DNA of 64,000 nt from Tetramitus jugosus. Its lineage: Eukaryota; Protista; Heterolobosea. The stretch is taken from NCBI GenBank assembly GCA_937625935.1, contig OW569345.1, forward strand, positions 62,001 to 126,000, given 5' to 3'. Under the pieces are notes generated by a model that saw only the letters and a list, made by a program, of their open reading frames with translations, was not told where the DNA came from and did not search any database. Positions 58,201 to 64,000 of this stretch are shown here, in pieces (position 1 is the first letter of the stretch; each line of letters opens with the position of its first letter). Position numbers and translations under genes: made by a program.

Positions 58201-60970
58201 AGGTCTGAGATAACCATTCTCGAATGGTAACTTCAAGAGATCAATCACCTTGTCAATCATTTTCTGCTCTCTCAAATAGTTTTGTCTATTATAATAAGGA
58301 ATACCCTCCCTTCTCATTGGATCTGTTTCATTCGACTCGGTACAGAACATAATCAACTGCACTAATGCCTTGGTCACTTGATTACACTCGGTTTTCTTCA
58401 TCTTTTGCTTCACTTTTAATTTGTTGACCATGCTGTCCATGATGGGAGCAATGGACTGGATGAATAACAAGTCGTCAATCTGCTCCTGTGGTACAGTACG
58501 GACTACCACTACATCCTCTTCACTCATCACACTGGACGTTTCCAGCTTTATAAAATGACTTCGTTTCGCTCTCGCAGATGCCGCAGATCGAACATTCATA
58601 GTAGATAGCGACCTCGTGAGATCTGTTTTGTCAGATGTCACAGCATGCATCCAACTATTCGTTATGCTGTGCTTGACTCTCATAAAAGAATCGACTGATA
58701 TATGTCCCTTCGACTTACTCGTAGGACATAAAGTAAACAACGTAGAAGTAGCTGTCGGTTCATCAACAAATAGTTCGTACTTCTTTGCAACTTCTGTTAT
58801 GGAGCGTCTAACACCATTCGCAGCGAGAACATTGTTTTGTAAAACTTGTTTTCGGAGCAGATCCCAACCGCGACCTCCCTTTCGAGCTTGGGAGAGGTTG
58901 AGAGAGGAAGCACCAAGAAAACTGCTAGCACGCCTTCGGTCGCTGGGTGAAAGACCTGATTCAGCCTCTTCAGTTGAATAATCGTCAACATCTTCCAGAG
59001 TAGATGAAATGGAATCGTCATCGTTACTCGCTCTCTCCAGCTCGCTATCATACAATAATTTTTCAGATGATCTAGTAGTGTACAACTGTACTTCCTCCTC
59101 ATCGCTAAACTCCTCATCGCTGTCCTGAATGACAGGAACTCGTACGGCCATATATCTGTTTGACGCAACATGCTTCAATCGATACATGTCATTCCATTTT
59201 AAGCAACCACCTCGCGAGGGATCATACATTTCAATTTCGAACATTGTGTTCGAACTGTTTTTCGCCGATTCGTCCAAATCAGACTTAATCTTCACAATCT
59301 GATTCCGGTCATCCACCGTCATAAAACCTTCGGCTTCCTTGTGATAGAGACGAATGACATCACCTGCTTTGATCTTTTTTGCAGATTCAATGCCTAAGAA
59401 GGGTGTAAAGAGTCTCATTCTCCACTTTGCTTCATTTGTATCAGTACTCATATTGACCTCAGGCTTATTCTCGTGCTTGTACCTCAATTTACTCAAATGT
59501 ACATATTGATTCGATTTTCTGCTCCACAAGCGAATTTGATCTGAGATGAGAACCTTTTGACCTTCGGTTCTAAACTTGTAATATGGCATAATGTGAAACA
59601 CACTGTTCGAATTTCCATTTTCATCCAATGTCAATCTCATGCAATCTTTTTGCACTTCGGCAGATTCTCTAGCAATCGTCAAATATTTGTTCGTTTTCAA
59701 GTGTAAGAGCTGAATCGCTTGTCCATACGAGACTACTTTTCCGATGCTTCTCTCTGCTTCCACTCGATTCCTGATTGCATCAATATGATTTTTGTTAGTT
59801 TGATCGCAACAACAAAAATAAAAACGTGTTGCAATACTACATACTGTTCGGCTTCTTTTTCCATTTTAATCTGCAGTGCCTGTAGCTCTGACTGTTTCTC
59901 AACCAACAACACGGACGACAAACTGTCCATCACGTGATTACTACCCGTATGATTTCCCAATATCGAATCTCCCATATTGATTTCAGCCATTGACATTTGA
60001 CTCGTTATACTCGGTGGAGTTGCCACTCTCATTTGACTCAACATGGCCGATGTAGAGCTCATTGGATTCGTTGCATTTTCCATTGCAACATTCGATGATG
60101 ATGCTACTCGAGCCAATGTCGCATTGGCATTGTTATTATTCATGTTGTTATTGCTACTGTTGTTTGCACCACCACTCGAAGCACTAGCAGCAGAGGAATT
60201 GTTGGCAGCTAATGAGGCAGCAGCCGCTGCAGCAGCAACATATTTGCTCACCTTTCGAAAATCAAACTCTTTCAATCCAAGTGAATCAAGTCTCTTATAA
60301 AACGTGTTGGCAGCAGTGTATTGATTCTGATTTTGAACAACGAATACGCATTCTATTGTTGTTCATGTTGTGTTTGTTATGTGTGTGAGTCAGTTGAGTT
60401 TGATATGATCAAAAAATCAAAAAAAACATGAGAGAGCACCATACAGGCAAGCATACCTTTAAAATTGGATGGCAATTGTGATTTAGAGTTGGTCTCAATA
60501 GCTCCACACCTGTTGATCAATAATCACAAGATGGAATTCACAATAAAACAGTGTCAATCAGATGCTCATGTCGATCGACACAAACAAAGCTTCAACAATG
60601 AAACAAACAAAAAAACAAGAACCAAATTTTGACAGCAACACACGTACTTGGTATTAAAATTCTGAATACCAGATATGGACAAAAAGGCATATCCCGTATC
60701 CATATCCATATAAAAACTGATTTGATCACCGATTCTCAATGTCCACGTATCATCAAACTTTGATGACGATGTTCGAAATGAACTACTACTACTACTATTA
60801 TTCCCACCATTGTTGCTATTGTTATTGTTGTTATTATTGTTACCATTTAGTAGATTGTTATTGCTATTATTGTTGTTATTATTATTATTATTGTTGTTGT
60901 TATTGTTTTGAAGAGACAGAGGCTTCATGCCCTGTTCCAACATGGCCCTCTCCACTAAATTCTGAAACAT
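52207..60970 (-). CDS. ITPR: Inositol 1,4,5-trisphosphate receptor-type Ca2+ channel (~2815 aa; exons 60970-60648, 60509-60457, 60352-59845, 59770-52207)
   Basis: LRIGD, YGQAIQLLHLKTNKYL, MIR repeats, RQNYLRE, LRLLQLLCEGH, EFIQGPC..NQ, transmembrane region, IIVLINIVFGIILDAFADIR, CFIC..HIKHEHYMWDY. Confidence 0.93.
60781..60908. repeat. Imperfect trinucleotide microsatellite encoding poly-Asn/Ser in ITPR exon 1
   Basis: (TTA/TTG)n and (CTA)n runs. Confidence 0.8.
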
Positions 60971-61354
60971 GATTGTTGTTGTTGTTGTTGGTTGGGATTG
61001 GTTGTTTTGTGCTGCACGCCGTTCAAAAACCACAGGATATCAATCAGCAAAAAGAATTCCGAATTTGCTTTGTTTGTTGAGGGAACTCTGTTTGAGTGAG
61101 TGGGTGAGCGGTTCGATGAGTTGTTTGTTTGTTTGCGATGATTTTTGCTTTCCCTCTCAACAACAACTCGAAGTGTCGAATCTGTCCAATGAACTTTGTG
61201 GAGCTTCTTTGCCTGTGAAGAAATCGAGAAGTTGTGAAAATGGGATTGAACAAACAGACAAGTGACTTCCGACTCTGACGTGTGACATTCGATGTTGTCG
61301 GAGTTATACGACAGAGAAATACAACATGGAGTGATGAATACCATCTGGCTTGCT

Positions 61355-61624
61355 TTATTGTCCGTAAATAAATGAGTAAAATGAACGAGACCACGAGCGG
61401 TTGTTGCTTGAGTTTTCTTCAACCATTGTTTCATCAGTGTCAGCTCCTATTGTCTCGTCTTGGTACTCTGGCGGTTCAACGTCCCCTGTTTGAACAATTT
61501 GCTTCAATTCTTGTTGTTCTTTTGTCTCTGAGAACACATAGTCACTCAAATCGTGACCAATGTTAATCACTCCTTGAATGACACGTGAGTGAGCTGGAGG
61601 AGCACTTGGATCTGTGAAAGACAT
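61355..61624 (-). CDS. Hypothetical small acidic protein (possibly the last exon of a longer gene)
   Basis: ORF MSFTDPSAPP...YGQ; possible upstream splice sites are unresolved. Confidence 0.35.
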   Translation of the reverse strand: MSFTDPSAPPAHSRVIQGVINIGHDLSDYVFSETKEQQELKQIVQTGDVEPPEYQDETIGADTDETMVEENSSNNRSWSRSFYSFIYGQ

Positions 61625-61902
61625 GTCAATGAACGATCGTTGGAGGTCTATTGCTTTCTTTTCTTTGCCACACGTTTTCACTGAAGAAAAGAAGAGATTG
61701 TTATTTCCGGATGGAAGACAGTAATAATACATCTTGGTGTTTTTGATGTGCATACCGCGATGATCTCTTCAAATTACTATTTATTACAAAATTACGTTCA
61801 TCTCATATCGAAGAGAGATTCGACCCCCCCAATTCATGATGATTATTTCTTCTTCGCTTGTAAAAAACGACCTGTGAGTGATTGGATCCTGCTGTTCTCC
61901 TC

Positions 61903-62208
61903 TTATTCGTTCTTTGACTTGACAAACTCTTCATAGATGTTGTCCTCAGGGTCATCTCTTCTATCCCACTTTGGCCAATGAACACCAGCAGAATTCTTGG
62001 CATAGTTGAAGAAGAGTGGATCTCTCTTATCTCCTTGGAATAGGAACTTCTTTCTCTCTTCGTCCTTGACAGCCGCACTGAGCGTGCTTGGCTTCTCCAG
62101 TACTCTTGATTGCAGATACTGAACACCAAAGGATAGTCCAACAATGAAAGTGAAGAGACCCAATTGTCTCATTGGATAGGGAACAGTTTTGTTGTTAGGA
62201 GTGGACAT
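61903..62208 (-). CDS. Small single-pass membrane protein, weakly COX16-like
   Basis: The segment FIVGLSFGVQYLQSRV resembles the COX16 N-terminal helix; weak. Confidence 0.45.
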   Translation of the reverse strand: MSTPNNKTVPYPMRQLGLFTFIVGLSFGVQYLQSRVLEKPSTLSAAVKDEERKKFLFQGDKRDPLFFNYAKNSAGVHWPKWDRRDDPEDNIYEEFVKSKNE

Positions 62209-62619
62209 TCTTTATTTCAGATGAGTATAGTACAGTTAGTAGTGTTTTATAGTACAATAATTGAGGGTTGGTTGGGTAGAAATCGGTTGTTGTAGTGTTT
62301 TCTGATTGGGTTCGCTCTCCAGATTTCTAAAATAAATACTGGCAGCACACGGTAAGTTCCCCTTACTGTAGTGACGTCGCACGTCCACAACGAAGAAGCT
62401 GCGTCAACCATCATTACACATATTGGAAGGAAGCTTCAACCGGTTTGATCTCAATCTTAAATTAACTTTTTTGACGGCCCGACTCTCAGACTCCGCTTCA
62501 AGCTTTTTTCCTTCCAAGCGCAAAAAACCACAAAAAACCACAACCATTCACGTTCACAAATCAAAAAACACGTGATTCAGAGATACACACATACACACAA
62601 CGAAATTGAAATAGAAAAA

Positions 62620-63925
62620 ATGACAGAATTGTTTGTGGGTAATTTGACTCCTAATGTTTCACCTCAAGACTTGAAAAGCGCGTTTGAAAAGTTTGGAAAA
62701 TTGGTGAGATGCGATTTGAAGAAACGTTTTAGAGATAGCTTTGCTTTTGTATCATATGAGAATGAGAGTGATGCCATGAAGGCAATCGAAGAATTGAATG
62801 GTACTGAGATTAGAGATGCTAAAATTAATATTGAGATCACAAAGTCTAAACCAAGAGTCAGAGGAGGCAGAAGAGAAGATGAAGTGAACAACAGTACCAC
62901 TAGCAGTGGTAACAACAGAGGAAGAGACACCAGTAGACCATCAAGGTATGTTTCTTTTTCGTCATTAATGCAGCATGTTTCCATTGGAATATGGTGAGTG
63001 AGTCCAATTGGTGAGAGTGAATGATGCTGACAAACACTTCTTTTTTGTTGTTGTTGTTGTTGTTGATCCGATTGTTGTTTTGCTTCCGTGTTGTTGGGTT
63101 ACTGCATGATTGATCAACAAAGCAGAAGGTACAGTCCATCATCATCATCATCATCATCACACAGAAGAGTCAGAGTGTCTCCTGGCAGAGGTCGCTCACC
63201 AAGAAGTCCTTCGAGACACTATGATTCGAGAAGTAGTCCTTCGAGAAGACGCTCTCCTGGTAGAAGTCCATCGTATGTTGTTGTTATTATTGTTGTTGTT
63301 GTTGTTGTTGTTGTGTATAGCTATATTGCTTTTTTGTCAAGTTTCTGTGCGCCTGATGTGAATGCAAGCACAAGCAAACAAAAAATAATTGATTTTAACT
63401 CTAACACCATCACATGCAAACACAATCAACAGAAGAAGAGATTATTCACCAAGAAGCAGAAGAAGAGATTATTCTCCTGATAGCAGAAGAGACTACTCCC
63501 CAAGAAGAGATCAGAGCAGCAGAAGAAGACACTACTCCCCTAGAAGAGACGACTCTCCTCGCAGATCATCCTCATCCAGAAGAAGTGATGATTACTCTCC
63601 ATCCAGATCCAGAGGCAGAGACAGAAGAAGAGATGAAAGCAGCAGCAAAAGAAGAAGAAGATCAGAATCGTATGACAATGAAAAGCGCTCCTCTCGCTCA
63701 TCACCTTCCAGAGCTTCTGACAGAGAGAGTGACACTGACTATGACAGAAAGAGAGCAAAGAGGGATGAGAGAAGTCCTGTGAGAGATATAGATGTAACAA
63801 CAAAGAGTGGAAACGGTGATGACTCAGACAAGAATCACAACAATAACAACGTCAAGAACAAGAATGACACCCACGGTGAAAACAGAGAAAAGTCAGCTGC
63901 AGGTTCAGAGTCTGGTGAAGAATAA
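62620..63925 (+). CDS. SR splicing factor (RRM plus RS domain); introns 62946-~63125 and 63273-~63432
   Basis: RNP2 LFVGNL, RNP1 FAFVSY, RS/SP/RDYSP repeats; GTATGT donors with in-frame acceptors. Confidence 0.88.
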
Positions 63926-64000
63926 GATTATCGTGAAGAACATTGCCAACGGTGAGAATCCTGTTCCTTCCTTAGCAAGCCAAATCAATTGAATGAATCC

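Noticed and set aside
1-64000. tRNA, rRNA and CRISPR arrays, and the many short antisense ORFs in the track
   Set aside because: No RNA-gene or repeat-spacer signatures were seen by eye; the short ORFs are shadows of real genes or of low-complexity tracts.

Overview
Gene-dense eukaryotic (protist) DNA with short GTATGT...CTAAC...YAG introns, very small intergenic spacers and many poly-Q/N/S tracts. A 358-aa trypanosome-type MORN1 and an RCC1-like gene style suggest a discoban, possibly heterolobosean, genome (inference only). About 30 host genes are recognisable or predicted, including a C2/EF-hand protein, PNGase, ACSS3, ERMARD, PIF1, a Rab5-family GTPase, SEH1, a PPR protein, INTU, SMG9, ABITRAM, MORN1, XMAP215, COQ5, PTS, TMEM97, an IP3 receptor and an SR protein. 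The main find is a ~4.5-kb three-gene island (about 5034-9567) that appears to be inserted into the 3' end of a decayed HRI-like eIF2-alpha kinase gene. Its 904-aa ORF carries an ordered set of RAG1/Transib/Chapaev-type DDE transposase motifs and is flanked by two intact orphan ORFs, one divergent and one convergent, with no canonical terminal inverted repeats. Two unusual host architectures also stand out: a protein built from four tandem gamma-COP appendage modules with no trunk, and a PNGase fused to an L-type lectin and a PUL domain. All homology calls come from motif recognition by eye; no searches were run.
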